Source: Paraspadella gotoi
Taxonomy: Eukaryota; Animalia; Chaetognatha
NCBI GenBank assembly: GCA_051294375.1
Contig: CM119270.1
Span: 44,970-98,075 of the forward strand
Direction: 5' to 3'
DNA length: 53,106 nucleotides
This document shows positions 24,031 through 38,002 of this stretch, one piece after another. The position numbers and the translations under genes were made by a program. Within the stretch, counting starts at the first letter, position 1. Each line of letters opens with the position of its first letter. A model generated the notes under the pieces. It was given only the letters and a program-made list of their open reading frames with translations. It ran no database searches and was not told where the DNA came from.

Positions 24031-24900
24031 ACGAGACCAACGACGATGACTAACGACCCGCGTATGACAACGACGATCTATGCATGACGCGACGATGACT
24101 GATGACGCGACGGGTGACAGCGATGATTTATGACAACGACGACGATGATGACTAGGATAGGTTTGACGATGAGTGATGCGGAATAACGACGACCTAGGAA
24201 CACAAGGACGAATGCACGACTAACGACGATGACTCGACAGCGATACGACAAACGGCCGACTATGATTGACGAGCCGACATCGACGCAGATGACCGATGAC
24301 AGCGGTGACGAGCGGATGATTTATGACAAACAACGACCCGATGATGGACTAGGGTTGGTCCACGATGAGGACCCAGTAAGGCAACAGGAACAAGGACGAT
24401 GACACGACGGATAAGACTAAGACGCGATGACAACGACGACTATGATGACGACGACGATCCGATGACGATGGTGACAGGATGATTATGACAACGACGACGA
24501 TGATACTGGATGTCGACGATGACGACGATAACGACGAACTAGGAACAAGGACGATGCGATGACGATGATGACTACGACCGCGATGATCAACGACGACTAT
24601 GATGACGACGGACGATGAAATGCATGACGACGGTGACCAGCAGATGAATTATGACAACTACGACGATGATTGACTAGGATTTGATGTTGATCAGACGGAC
24701 GACGATAACGACGACTAGGAACAAGGACGATGACGACGACGATGATGACTACGACCGCGATGACAACGACGACTATGATGATGACGACGACGATAACGAT
24801 GACGATGGTGACAGCGATGACTATGACAACGACGACGATGACGACGGTGACAACGACTACGATGACGACGACGACGATGATGACGAGGACAACGACGACG
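23920..24900 (+). repeat. (GAY)n-derived higher-order tandem repeat, ~170-bp period
   Basis: Landmarks GACTAGGATG, GACTAGGAACAAGGACGATGAC, CTACGACCGCGATGAC and GGTGACAGCGATG recur about five times. Confidence 0.8.
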
Positions 24901-25182
24901 TTGACAAGGATTCTCTATTTCCCCGACGAAACTGGATCATCGTTAACACGAAGGAGATATTATGAAGGAAAGGTGGGATTAATGGAGGAAAAAGGAGGAA
25001 AAAGAAAAGGAAAAAGGAGGAAAAAGAAAAATAAATAGGAAAGGGAGGAAAAAGGAGGAAAAAGGAAAGAAAAAACAAAAAGGAGGAAAAAATGAAAAAA
25101 GAAAAAAGGAGGAAAATCGAAAAGAAAAAAGGAAATGAAGGATAGAAAAGAAAAAGGAGGAAAAAGGAAAGAAGCAAAAGAG

Positions 25183-25480
25183 AAAAGTCATAAACCTACT
25201 GATTGGTAAAAGGTCGATCATAAACCCACTGATTGGTNNNNNNNNNNNNNNNNNNNNNNNNNAATAAGGTCGATCATAAACCCACCTGATTGGTAAAAGG
25301 TCGATCATAAATCCACAGTGGGTCCTATATGGCCTAAAATGGTCGATCATAAACCACCGATTGGCTAGTGTTTTTTAAAAGGTCGATCATAAACCCACTG
25401 ATTGGTTAAGAGTGGTCGAGGTCATAAACCCACTGATTGGTAGGTGATCTAACTCGCCTTGTTATAAAAGGTCGGTCATT
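25183..25480 (+). repeat. 30-bp tandem repeat containing CTGATTGGT (reverse CCAAT box)
   Basis: Unit AAAAGGTCGATCATAAACCCACTGATTGGT, ~8-9 copies spanning a 25-N gap. Reappears at 33724-33770. Confidence 0.88.
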
Positions 25481-25932
25481 ATCGCCCTTTAACTCGCCAC
25501 GAATGGGGAAGGAAGTCAAGCAAAATCTTTCAAATTTCTGAATCCTAAAGTCAAACCTGAAATAAGAAATCGATTGAAATAAGTTGAGAGAAAAAAGTAG
25601 AAAAAAAAATGAAAAAAAAAATGAAAAAAAATAAAATAAAAAATAGAAAGGAAAAAATGAAATAAGAAAAAGATGGAAAAAAAAAAACATTCATTAATTG
25701 GAAAAAGTCTAAAGAATAAGGATGCAAAAAATACATGATGATAACCCCATGTTTTTCGTTTCGACGCTCTCTCCTCTCTCTCTCCTCTCTCTTCTCATCT
25801 CTTCTCTCTCTTTCTCTCTCTCTCTCTCATCCTCTCTTCTCTTTTTTTCCCTCTCTGAGAAATCACGTTTTATTTTTCCACGTCTGAGAAATACATTACT
25901 ATAATTAAACTAAGTTTTTGTCATTGAAAAAG

Positions 25933-26011
<79 letters not shown>

Positions 26012-29000
26012 AAGAGAGAGAGAGAAGAGAGAGAGAGAGAGTTCGTCTAATTCTTTTCCACGTATAATCAAAAAATATAGTGACAATTCTTGACTGATAA
26101 AGTTGATAAAGAAAAAGTTTGTTGTCTAAAAACACATAATTTCGATGAATATCGAAAAGTAAAAATTTTCAAAAAAAAAGCTAATTTATATTTCTCTCAG
26201 TAAAAGTTAAGAAGAACTAAATCATATTAACGATTCAGCGGAATTAGAATTTTCAGCTTTGAGATTTAACTCGTCAAAAAAATCAGTCGGGTGAGCCCTC
26301 GTTTAAAATCTCTCTCTCTCTTCTCTCTCGTCCTCTCTCTGCATCTTCTCTCTCTCTCTCTGCTCTCTCTCTTCTCTACCTCCTTCTCATTTATGGATTT
26401 GGCTTAATCTCGCCTCTGCGTCCAGAAGGTGAAAACTTTTTACGCGACGGATTTGTCCGAATACGGAAAGTCATAAAACCCAAGTGAAATTCCAAGAGGA
26501 CCTCTTTCTCCTTCTGAGCTCTCTCTGTCTCTCTCTCTCTCTCTCTTCTCATCTCTCCTCTCTTCCTTCTTTTCCTCTCTTCTCTCTCTTTCTCTTCTTT
26601 CTCTCTCTGTTCTCTCTATCTCTCTTCTCTTCTTCCTTCTCTCCTATCTCTCTCTGCCGTCTCTCTCTTATCTCTCTCTTTCTCTCTTTTTCTCTGCAGC
26701 TCTCTTTCATGTGTTCCTCTTTTGTCTGTCTCTCATGCTCTTCTGCTATCTTTATCTCTTCGTCTCTCTCTTCTCTCGTCTCTTTCTCTCTCTCTTCTCT
26801 TTCTCTTGCATCCTTGCATGTGTCTCTGTCTTCTTCTCTGCGTCTCTCTCTGCGTGCTCTCCGTCTCTCTCATCTCCTCTCCTCTCTCGCCCTCTCTTCT
26901 CGTACTCTCATCTACTCTCTCTTTCTGCTTCTACTCTCTCTGCTCTGTTCTCTCTCTGCATCTCTCGATCTCTGTCTCCCGATGCTCCTGCTCTGTGTCT
27001 TCTCTCTCTGTCTCTCTTACTCTCTCTCTTTCTGCTTCTATCCTTTCCTTCTTTCTCTTCGCCTCTCTCTCCCTCTGTTCCCATCTCTCTCTCCTTCTAC
27101 TTGGAGATGCGCAAAACCATGAAAAAAGTAATGAAAGACGAAAAAAATGTATATTTTCAAAACTCGCTTTAAAGGTTCAGTGTCTATCAAACATCAATAC
27201 CACAGTTCACAACAACAACAACAACAACAACACAATCAACATAACTTCTTCATATAACGAAGGTTATTCTTTTTTTTTTCTTTAGCCTTTCATTTAACCA
27301 AAAGCTTTCAAATTAAAACTAATCTTGGAAAAAATATTTGGTTTTTTGAATTCGTGTTGTAATATTTTAGATCTCTTTTTCATGCAATATTGGCTGGTTG
27401 TTTGCTTGTTTTTACACATTTTAACTAATAAGTTTAATAACAAGTATGCAATTTCAACGTGGCCAAGATTAAAATTAGGAGATTATGCGTAGTACAGCGC
27501 GATTTTAGCCATTTATCCCTAGTCCGTTTCTAGGCGACCTTCGTGTCCGCAACCACAAAATCTTTGTCAGTAAGCTTATTGGTAGATCATGTCAGAAACA
27601 ATCATATTATGATAAATTATGGCAAAAAAAAAACGGAATTGTCCATATGCCCTGTGCTGTCTGTCTGTCTGATCTGTCCCAACCTTAGCTTTTAAATCCA
27701 AATACTTATGAGTGGAGTGGGACGGATTAACTTAAAATTTTAATGTGAAGGTAAAAGTGTGATGAGCTTCAGCTGGCAATTAAGGTTCAATGAATCATCA
27801 AGTGGAAATGAATGAAAAAAATCATTTCACAATCTCTTGATTATGTTTTTTTATTTTATATTTATTTGTAAAATAAAATCTGAAACAACTCTCACGAATT
27901 ATTTTAATTTATTAATTAATTTTGTTAATTAAAAGACAAAAAAAAATAAATGAGAAAATAAAAAAAGAATATTAAAAGAGAAATTGAAAAAAATTCGAAA
28001 AATTTGGAAAAATTAATTATTAATTGATAAGAGAGAGAAGAGAGATTTGAGAGAGAGAGAGAGGAGAGAGAGAGAGGAGAGAGAGAGAGATCGAGAGAGG
28101 AAGATGAAGGGAGAGAGAAGAGAGAGAAAGAGAAGAGAGAGAGAGTCTTTCAGCGCAAAAACAAAGAAGAAATTAATGATTTATAATTGGTCTCATAAAC
28201 TCGTAACTCTGGGATAGTTTTGAAATGATTTTTCCAACTCAATTAGTTCAAAAACTTATGAAAGAACTTATGTCGTAGCCGGAATTTTTGAACGGTATTA
28301 GAATTAAGCAACAGTGCGTTGTGCTTCATGACAGAGAGATAACTTTTAGTCCTTTAACAAATGATTTAAAAAACAAGAATGCATCCAAAGAACAAACGAG
28401 ACACTAAAATGTAGTAATTTTTACAGTTAAATCATATGGTTAAAAAGGCGTTATCGTAGACACTGCCATATATTATATTATAATATATCTATATTAATTA
28501 TATTAATATTATATTATATTATATTATATTATTATTATATTATATATATTATATTATGCAAATAAAGCAAAAGGAATTCCTTCTTTTTTCATTTCTTTTT
28601 TTTTTTCGTTTCAAAAAAAATTTTAAATGGTTGATGACTATTGATCAATCATCTCAGAGGAAATCCAAACTCAAGAAACGAAATTCGGATCGGCGATCGT
28701 GTAAAATTCCCCGGAAAGTAGAATGGAACCTTCTCATTGGCCAGGAGAAAATGGGCACCGGCCAAAAGACAGATGGGCTTCATCCGCCGGAGGATTTTTG
28801 CCCTTTTCCTTTTTACTTAAATGAAAAATTTCCTCAGTGTAAATTTTTGATTGGATAGTAGAGAATATTATAAGGACAATATTAAAAAAGCTATCAAGCG
28901 AAAGAGATTTAATAAATACTTTGTCCGTTCATAATAATTAATGTTCACAATAAGTCAACAGTTAACTTTCCAATCAATCCTATATTCAAATTGAATTAAT

Positions 29001-29377
29001 AAGCTTGGACAAGCATTCCATATTCGGAATAAACATTCCCGTAATCGATAGCTTCGTAAATTCTACTCATATTCAGAATTAATCTTTGCCTCTGAAATCG
29101 ATTTCATTCAAAGGAAACAGAATTCATGGATTTTTTTTTCATTTTCGAGAAGCATATTTTTTATTCCATATTTCAAGAGCGGAGTTGGATGCAAACTCAT
29201 TTAACAACAACTACAATAATAACAACCAAAAATAACAATAACAAGTAACAATAAACATTGCGCATAGGATTTTTTTGATTCTCAGACATTACCACATTTC
29301 CTTTAGGGCTCAACACTTGGCACACTTGGCAACACTTATCACACTTGCACACTTTTTAACTTTTTTGTGTGATTATA

Positions 29378-30318
29378 TTTTTTAGTCGGATCTTGCTTTC
29401 AGCAGATCCCGACTCTATTGATTCACTTGTCGGTCCGTCAGTCCACCCCCTCAATCTTTGTTGCGGCATTCACTTATGATTATGATAAATTATGCATAAA
29501 AAAAGATGTTCATCCGTCGGTTCTGTCTGGCTTGACTGTTCGTCATGCCTTCTGTCCGTACGGTCCGTCCGATCCATCAATCCGTCCGGTCCGTCGTCCC
29601 CACCTTTGCCAAAAAGCTTCACTAATGGTTGGATTGGAATGAACATTGTATGCGAAGGTCAGATCGACGCGAAATCCTTGTGTGGGCTGGCGAAAGTTGT
29701 GTGATGAAGCTTAATTTAAAGTTTCAATGGAATCGAGAGTTGGAAATTTCAGTTTAATGGGAAAAAACATAAGTCGCATTTACTAAAAATTCTTTTTTAC
29801 TTATTTTAACAATAAAATCTAATTAGATCATATTAGATGGATTAGATTGCGTTTTGAAATTTTGTGTGTGGATAAGGAATGTGTTTGTGACGAAGGCTTT
29901 ATATAAAGTTTTGATGGAAATTGTGCCAGTGGAAATGAGTTTAAATGGAAAAAACATAACGTCACATTTACTTGAATCTTTATTATTTTACTAATAAATG
30001 TTTTAATTAATTAATTAATTAATTAATGTGTAAAATGATGTAATTTAAACAAAATTATGCAAGTTGAAAAAACTTAAGCAATTTGAAAAAAAGATGCAAG
30101 TTAAAAAAATCTAGCAAGTTGAAAAAAATGATCGCGAATTGTTAAAAATGATGAAAATGAAAAATGATGAGAGTTGAAAAATGATACGAGTCTCAACAAA
30201 AAAACAAAAGGTGGAGTGCAAAAAATTTAACAAAAAATTATTGTTGATTTATCATCTGATTAGCTGATTACCGCCTAATATCGGAGGCAGATCCGACATT
30301 GTTTGCTCAAACTTGTTT
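29378..30318 (+). mobile_element. HINE/DINE-1-like element (noisy duplicate of 38003-38884)
   Basis: TTTTAGTCGGATCTTGCTTTCAGCAGATCCCGAC...GCAGATCCGACATTGTTTGCTCAAACTTGTT. Confidence 0.7.
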
Positions 30319-31996
30319 ACTTTTGATCATATAAGTTAAATTAGATTTTTTTTACAGATTTCATTTCGATGTTTCTTATATCCTCATTAATAATTCGTTG
30401 ATGTTTTATCATGACCTCTTTGCAATAATGGCCTCTTATCCATTGACCGCAATGTCATTAATTTTAACTTTCGCCTATCATTCATTTCCTTTTATCATTT
30501 GTATCATTGACCCGATGTCATTAACCCTTTTTCTCACATTTCAATTTCTTTCCTTTTCATCATTTGACATTGACCCTATGTCATTACAACTTTGTCTCAC
30601 TTAATATAAAAATTTGTTTTCTATTTATTATTTTTGTCACGACCCGATGTCATTAACTTTTTCTCTCACTTTCAATTTTTACTCCTATTTATCATTTTGT
30701 CATTGGACCGATTGTCATTACTTTTTCTATCTCCTCATTTTTTTTTTAGTTTTCTTCATTTATCATTTTCGAATTTTGTTTTGGAACCTCCAGAACATGT
30801 TTTTCCTTTCGGTTTTTGTCTGTTTACATTTATCACATTGGAAACCGACCTCAACAGGAAAGCGCACACAACGTAACTTAAATAAAACAGGAAAAGACGA
30901 GAAAGAAATATTTGGAAAAAAATGAGCGGGCAACCTTGAATAAACGGACATAAAGATATATCAAAATCGTTTAATTAAGTAAATATTAACAAGTTGACAA
31001 TCAAACGTAAAGGAGTTTATAAATTCAAACAAATTTTCGTCAGACGGTTTCGGGATTCCTCCAGATTTTTTCATACATAAATTTTAAGCGTTTTGGCTTA
31101 AATTTGTTAAAACAAAAAATAAAATAATTAAAAATGACAAAAAAAGTAAAAAAAACGGAAATAAAGAGAGAGAGAGAGAGAGATGAGAGAGATGAGAGAG
31201 AGCAGAGAGAGAGAGAGACGGAGAGAGAGAAAGTGAGAGAGAGATGAGAGAGAGAGAGAGAGAAGAGGGAGAAAAGTGAGAGAGAGAGAGAGAAAGTGAG
31301 AGAGAGAGAAGAGGAGTAAGTAGAGAGAGACAGACCGCCAGTGACAAAACATCTCCTAATTGCGTTTTTTCTGTCACTCACTGACATTGTTCTGTCATGA
31401 ACTAACTCGCTCTCGTTATTTTTTCGTTTTTTAAGGAAAAGAGGACAAAAAATGACAATGAAAAAATTCTTTCAGAAAACTACAAAGATATGACATCAGA
31501 TGTAGATGATGATGATGATTGTATGATGATGATGATGATTAATTATGGTATGATAACGGCCGGTCTTTGTGTCTGTCTCCTCTGTTCTATCAAGATGCAT
31601 TTCTTTGTGTCTCGTCTCTCTGTCTATCCAGAGGGCATGCCTTTGGGGTCTGTCTCTCTGTCTATAGATGGCATGCCTTTGTGTCTGTCTCTGTTGTTCT
31701 ATCAAGATGCAAAGCCTTTGTGTCTGGTCTCTCTGTCTATCAAGATGGCATGCCTTTGTGTCTGTCTGTTTGTCTATAGATGGCTGCCTTTGTGTCTGTC
31801 TCTCTGTCTAATCCAGATGGCATGTTTTTGTGTCTGTTCTCTGCTTTTCTATGCAGATGGCTCCTTGTGTCTCTATGTCTATCCAGATTGACATGCCTTT
31901 GTGTCTATCTCTCTAAATGTTTTCTGTCTCAGTGGCTCTGTCTAGATCTCTAGCTAAACTGTTTCTATGTTCTTTCTGTTTCACTGTCTTTCTGTT

Positions 31997-32419
31997 CATC
32001 ACAGGAAACGGATTGATCGTGTAGCTTGTCTCGCTTGTCTCGTTTGGCTTTCTGCCTTTCTCTCTCAACCAACAGAGAGGGTATTCTCTCTTCGGACCAA
32101 TCAGACGAGGTGGCTTCTCTCTCGACCAATCAGAGAGGTGGCTTCCTCACGGAATCAGCGGAGAGAGATGAGAGAGAAACGAGGGCAGTCTTTCAACTTA
32201 CCCTCAAGAAACTAAACATCATAATTCCCAAGTTCATGAACATGAACTACCCGTCGATTCCGTGAGGGAAGCCACCTCTCTGATTGGTCGAGAGAGAAGC
32301 CACCTCTCTGATTGGTTCGAGAGAGAAGCCACTCTCTGCATGGGTTGATAGCAGGAAGGCAAGAAAGCCCAACGAGACCAAGCGAGACAAGCTACACGAT
32401 CAATCCGCTTTCTGTTGTG
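31997..32419. mobile_element. Foldback/MITE, noisy duplicate of 40543-40959
   Basis: CATCACAGGAAACGGATTGATCGTGTAGC...GCTACACGATCAATCCG inverted arms. Confidence 0.75.
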
Positions 32420-35282
32420 CTGTCAACTGTCATTTAATTTTTCCCACTACATATTTTTAATTATGTAAAAGATCTAGTATTAGAAAAGAACTGACAAAGC
32501 CAATTTGACCGACAGACCGACCAATCGACCACCTGACCGAACTGACAGTTCGATAGTCCAACCGACTGACAGACCGATCCCGACTTGACCCAAACCAACT
32601 GACCGACCGACCAACCAACCGACTGACGACCGATCCGACCAACTGAACAGACAGACCGACCTACGTGAAGGCGCATGATTTTCCTATTCCAGACGAAAAT
32701 CATTTGCTTCTGAAGCCCCTGGTGCGGCAATGCGAGCTGAATGGGGAAGAGAGAGAGAGAGATGACGAGAGAGAGCGAGAGGAGAGAGAGAGAGAGCCGA
32801 GAGAGAGAGCAGAAGGAAAGGCCGGTAGATTGTGTTGCCACACGCCAAAATGCAATACGACCTTTTTTTTTTCTTACGCTTGAAATGCAAGGAAAGAGAG
32901 AGAGGGAGAGAGAGAGAAGACGAGAGAGAGAGAGAGGAAGAGGAGAGAGAGAGAGAGATAGTAGAGAGAGAGAAGTTTTCCTTATGGCTTTGCAAGGAGA
33001 CGGGCGGAGGTTGCTTAGTTCAAACTTAAATGTAGATAACGATATAATATTTTATCAAATGTTTGTTAGGAAACGTTACTCTTAAAGGTCATCTTCATTG
33101 TAAAAAAGTTCTTTTATTTACCAGTTTTTTTTACAAAACTATTACAATTAAATTTTCTCTCAAGCAAAAAATGAATAGCATCCTAGCATTGGTAGGATGG
33201 GAGATGAGCAAATTAATCATTGTAGGATGAAGTTGTAGCAAAATTAAATCATTATTTTACTTATTAATCATTACCATAATTCATCATAAAAACAATTTCA
33301 CTATACCGTTATATTCTCTATCTTCTGAAAAAGATTCATGTAACTATGTTTCTACACAGTATGCGACACTATGCCCAACACAATGCCAACACTATGCACA
33401 GCAGCAACATGACTTAACACGCGCATTCACAAAAAAGTTTTTTCTTTTTCTTTTTTCTTTTACTTTTTTTTAACTTTTTGTCAGAATTCGTTTCGTGTCT
33501 TATTGTGAAGAAAACTAAATTTTTTTTTCTTTGCTTAACTTGAATTCTTATGTTCATAATGTTTTATATTCTTTTTAACAATATTCTCTAACAAAGAAAA
33601 AAATAAAGAAAGCTCACGCGATTATTCCGAATGTTTTTTTTTTAGCTAAATATAATAAATAGTAATTCCTGCTTCTGCTGCAATCTTTTTAAACAGATTA
33701 ATACTTTCCTGTTTTCAGCACATAAAAGGTCGATCATAAATCCACTGATTGGTAAAAGGTCGGTCATTATCCGTCTTAACTCGCACGAATGGGGAAGGAA
33801 GTCAAGCAAAATCTTTCAAATTTCTGAATCCTNNNNNNNNNNNNNNNNNNNNNNNNNACCCCCTTAAAGCCCTAATGCATGACACCTTTCTAAAAGAAGT
33901 TTAATTAAATTAAATCCATAAATCTTTACACAGCTTTGTTTAAATCAGAGTGTAAAGTATAACAGTTTTTGCTTTAAAAATTCAATGAGGGCATATGAAT
34001 TTTTTCTTTTTCTTTGTTAATTTTGAAAAAGGAAAGACTGAATTACAATTTTGTAATTATTAAATTTTCTTTATTCTATAAAATTGTTTATATTTTTCAG
34101 TTAAAGTTAAAAAACAAGCAAAAAATGTATGTTTGTAGGCTTGATAAAATGTATTCTTTAAATATTAAAAATGATAGAATACAAAAAATGTTTTTAGCTT
34201 TGATATAAACAGTCTGGACATCTTACCTTCTCGTCTTGTAAAAAAAAATCGTCATTTTTCATTATCTTTAGCTGCGCAAACTAAAGCTTGACAAACTTTT
34301 GCTTGTTTATCATAATAAAGTTGTAAAAAATTATATAGCTGGTAACATATTTGACGAAAGCAAAACCATCATTGTGTAACTGGTATTATAAATTTTTTTT
34401 TAAATACTAGCAAGGAATTTAATATCTATTTATTTATTCATCCATTTTTAATTAGAAAAAATATTTCTGCGTCAATAGCCCCAATTGGAAAGGGTCATTG
34501 ACTTGACTTAATGATGAAATTTTTAGATTTTTTTTACCTGCCACCATTTCACAAGATTATAAAAGGTCATGGTTATCATGTCAAACAAGTGGCCAGATTA
34601 TTTGTACCCTTTCGCACCTGCATTAAATTTTCTTTTTTCTCCTTTCAAAATATATTAATGTAGGTTGAAAAAAGATTATTTGAAGAGAACAACTCCGCCG
34701 GTGGAGAGATGTAGGTATGGTAAGCTTAAGTACGACCACTATCCCGGAAGTCAATATTATCACTAAATAGGTCTTTTCCCAGATCGCATTGAGACAAACA
34801 CTTACTAGATTACTATTGATTTTTATGATTATTCTTTTTTTATTATCTAGGAAAAATATGAAAATACTATTTTTAAAAAGATCATGTTGTCGACTGATAT
34901 TAAGTAGTATTTATAACAAAAAATTATTTTGCATGATCATTTGGAATCAACAGTTAATTCTTATAGAACTTATAGTAAAATATGAATAATATTAAAACTA
35001 TATAGAGATAATATACTATTAATATCATCCTTACTTCTAATCGATATCAGCTCATAAATTCAAATTTGATTCAGGTTATGCAGATTGAATGGGAGGATAA
35101 GTATTAACCGCTAGTAATTGAACATTTGTTAATATCTAGCTTAATTTCATATTTCTCTCAGTAAAACTTAGAAAAGAACTAAATCACTATTAACGATTCA
35201 GCGAATTAGAATTTTCTAGCTTTGAGATTTCAACTCGTCCACAAAAAAATCAGTCCCGCGAGCCCTTCGTCTCTTTTAATTT

Positions 35283-35354
<72 letters not shown>

Positions 35355-35473
35355 CTCACTTTATGGATTGGCTTTAATCTCGCTCTGCGTCCCAGAAGGT
35401 GATAAAACTTTTTACCGACGGATCTTGTCCTGAATACGGAAAGTCATAAAACCCAAGATGAAATCCAGACCTC

Positions 35474-35526
<53 letters not shown>

Positions 35527-35544
35527 TTTCTCTCTCTATCTCTC

Positions 35545-35602
<58 letters not shown>

Positions 35603-35647
35603 CTCTTCTCTTTCTCTCTCTCTCTTCTCCTTTTTCTCTCTATCTTT

Positions 35648-35682
<35 letters not shown>

Positions 35683-35726
35683 TTCTCTCTCTCTCTTTCT
35701 CTCTCTCTCTTTCTTTGTCTCTCTCT

Positions 35727-35766
<40 letters not shown>

Positions 35767-36288
35767 CGTTCTCTCTCTCTGCTCTTTCCTCTCTCTCTCT
35801 CTCTCTTCTCTCTCTGTCTTTTCTCTCTCTCTGTCTCTCTCTCACTCTCTCTCTTTTCTCTCTCTTTCTCTCTCATCTTTCTTTCTTTCTCTCCCTCTCT
35901 CTCCTCTCCTCTCTCTCTCTCTCTCTCTTGGAGACGCAAAACCATAAAAAAGTAATGAAAGACGAAAAAAATTATTTTCAAAACTCTTTAAGTTCAGTGT
36001 CTATCAAACATCAAACACAGTTACAACAACAACAACAACAACAACAACAACATAACTTCTCAATAACGAAGGTTATTCTTTTTTTTTTTCTTTAGCTTCA
36101 TTTAACCAAAAACTTTCAAATTAAAACTAATTCTGGAAAAATATTTGTTTTTTTAATTCGTTTGTATATTTTTAGATCTTCTTTTCATGCAATATTGCCT
36201 GGTTGTTTTTTTTTTACATTTTAACTAATAAATTTAATAACAATATGATTTCAACGTGACAAGATTTAAAATTAGATTATCATACGCG

Positions 36289-36620
36289 ATTTTTAGCCAT
36301 ATCCCTATCCGTTCTAGCGACCTTCTGTCCCACCCCAAAATCTTGTCAGTAAGTTATTTAGATCATGTCAGAACATCATATTATGATAAATTATGCAAAA
36401 AAAAACGATGTCCATATGCCTGTCTGTCTGTCTGTCTGTCTGTCTGTCCCAACTTAGCTTTAAATCCAAATACTTATGAGTGGATGGGACGATTAACTTA
36501 AAATTTTATGTGAAGGTAAATAAGTGTGTGATTGAGCTGGAAATTAAGGTTCAATGGAATCATCCAAGTGGAAATGAATGGAAAAAAATCATTTCAATCC
36601 TTGATTATGTTTTTTTATTT
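36289..36620 (+). mobile_element. Partial diverged HINE copy (duplicate at ~27500-27850)
   Basis: ATCATGTCAGAACATCATATTATGATAAATTATGCAAAA, (CTGT)n and GTGTGATTGAGCTGGAAATTAAGG are homologous to the other copies. Confidence 0.6.
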
Positions 36621-36792
36621 TATATTAATTGTAAAATAAATCTGAAACAACTCTCACGAATTATTTAATTTATTAATTAATTTTGTTAATTAAAGACAAA
36701 AAAAATAAAAGAGAAAAATAAAAAAAGAAAATATTAAAAGGAAAATTGAAAAAAAATTCGAAAAATATGAAAAATTAATTATTAATTGAATA

Positions 36793-36830
<38 letters not shown>

Positions 36831-37136
36831 TTTTCAGCGCAAAAACAAAGAAAGAAATTAATGATTATATTGGTCTCATAACTCGTAACTCGATAGTTGA
36901 AATAGATTTTTCAACTCAATTAGTTCAAAAACTATGAAAGAACTTATGTCGTAGCGAATTTTGAAGTATTAGAATAAGCAACAGTGCGTTGTGCTTCATG
37001 ACAGAGAGATAACTTTTAGTCTTACAAATCGATTTTTAAAAACAAGAATGATCCAAAGAACAAACGAGACACTAAAATGTAGTAATTTTTACAGTTAGAA
37101 ATCAATGGTTTAAGAAAGGCGTTTCGTAGACACTGC

Positions 37137-37196
37137 CATTATATTATATTATATTATATTATATTATATTATATTATATTATATTATATTATATTA
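37137..37196 (+). repeat. (ATATT)n microsatellite (duplicate at 28468-28556)
   Basis: Perfect pentamer run. Confidence 0.95.
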
Positions 37197-37262
37197 TGCA
37201 AATAAAGCAAAAGGGAATTCCTTCTTTTTTTCATTTCTTTTTTTTTCTCAAAAAAATTTAAA

Positions 37263-37832
37263 TGTTATGACTATTGATCAAATCATCTCAGAGGAATCAA
37301 ACTCAAGAAACGAAATCGGATCGGCGACTCGTGTAAAATTCCCCGGAAGTAGAATGGAACCCTCTCATTGGCCAGGAGACAAATGGCACCGGCCAAAGAT
37401 CAGATGGGCTTCCATCCGCCGAGGATTTTTGCCCTTTCCTTTTTACTTAAATGAAATTCCTCAGTGTAATTTTTGATTGGATAGGAGAGAATATTAAAGG
37501 ACAATATTAAAAAAGCTATCAAGCGAAAGAGATTTAATTAATCACTTTGTCCGTCAATTAATAATTAATGTTCACAATAAGTCAAACAGTTAACTTTCCA
37601 ATCAATCCTATATTCAAATTGAATTATAAGCTGGACAAGCATTCCATATTCGGAATAAATCATTCCCGTAAATCGATAGCTCGTAAATCTACTCCATATT
37701 CAGAATTAATCTTGCCTCTGAATCGATTTCATTCAAAGGAACAGAATTCATTGGAATTTTTTCATAGTCGAAGGAAAGAATATTTTTTATTCCATATTTC
37801 AGAGGCCGAGAGTTGATGCAACATCATTAACA
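37263..37832 (+). mobile_element. Possible solo LTR-like element (duplicate at ~28628-29206)
   Basis: Termini TGTTATGA...TCATTAACA, ATTGG boxes, AATAAA. Local resemblance (ACTCAA..GAAACG..GGATCGG.CGA) to 21113-21150. No TSD seen. Confidence 0.33.
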
Positions 37833-38002
37833 ACAACTACAATAATAACAACAAAAATAACAATAACAGTAACAATAAACATTGCGCATAGGATTTTTTT
37901 GATTCTCAGACATTACCACATTTCCTTTAGGGCTACCACACTTGGCACACTTGGCACACTTATCACACTTGGCACACTTTTTAACTTTTTTTGGTGATTA
38001 TA

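Larger units (their letters stand above)
26179..33723 (+). repeat. Segmental duplication B, copy 1 (indel-noisy)
   Basis: Colinear with 35138-42036 from TATTTCTCTCAGTAAAA to TTTAAACAGATTAATA...CACAT. Confidence 0.93.

Noticed and set aside
24681-24965. Aspein-like acidic shell protein ORF
   Set aside because: It is part of a GAY satellite with in-frame TAG stops upstream, and has no ATG start, signal peptide or splice support.
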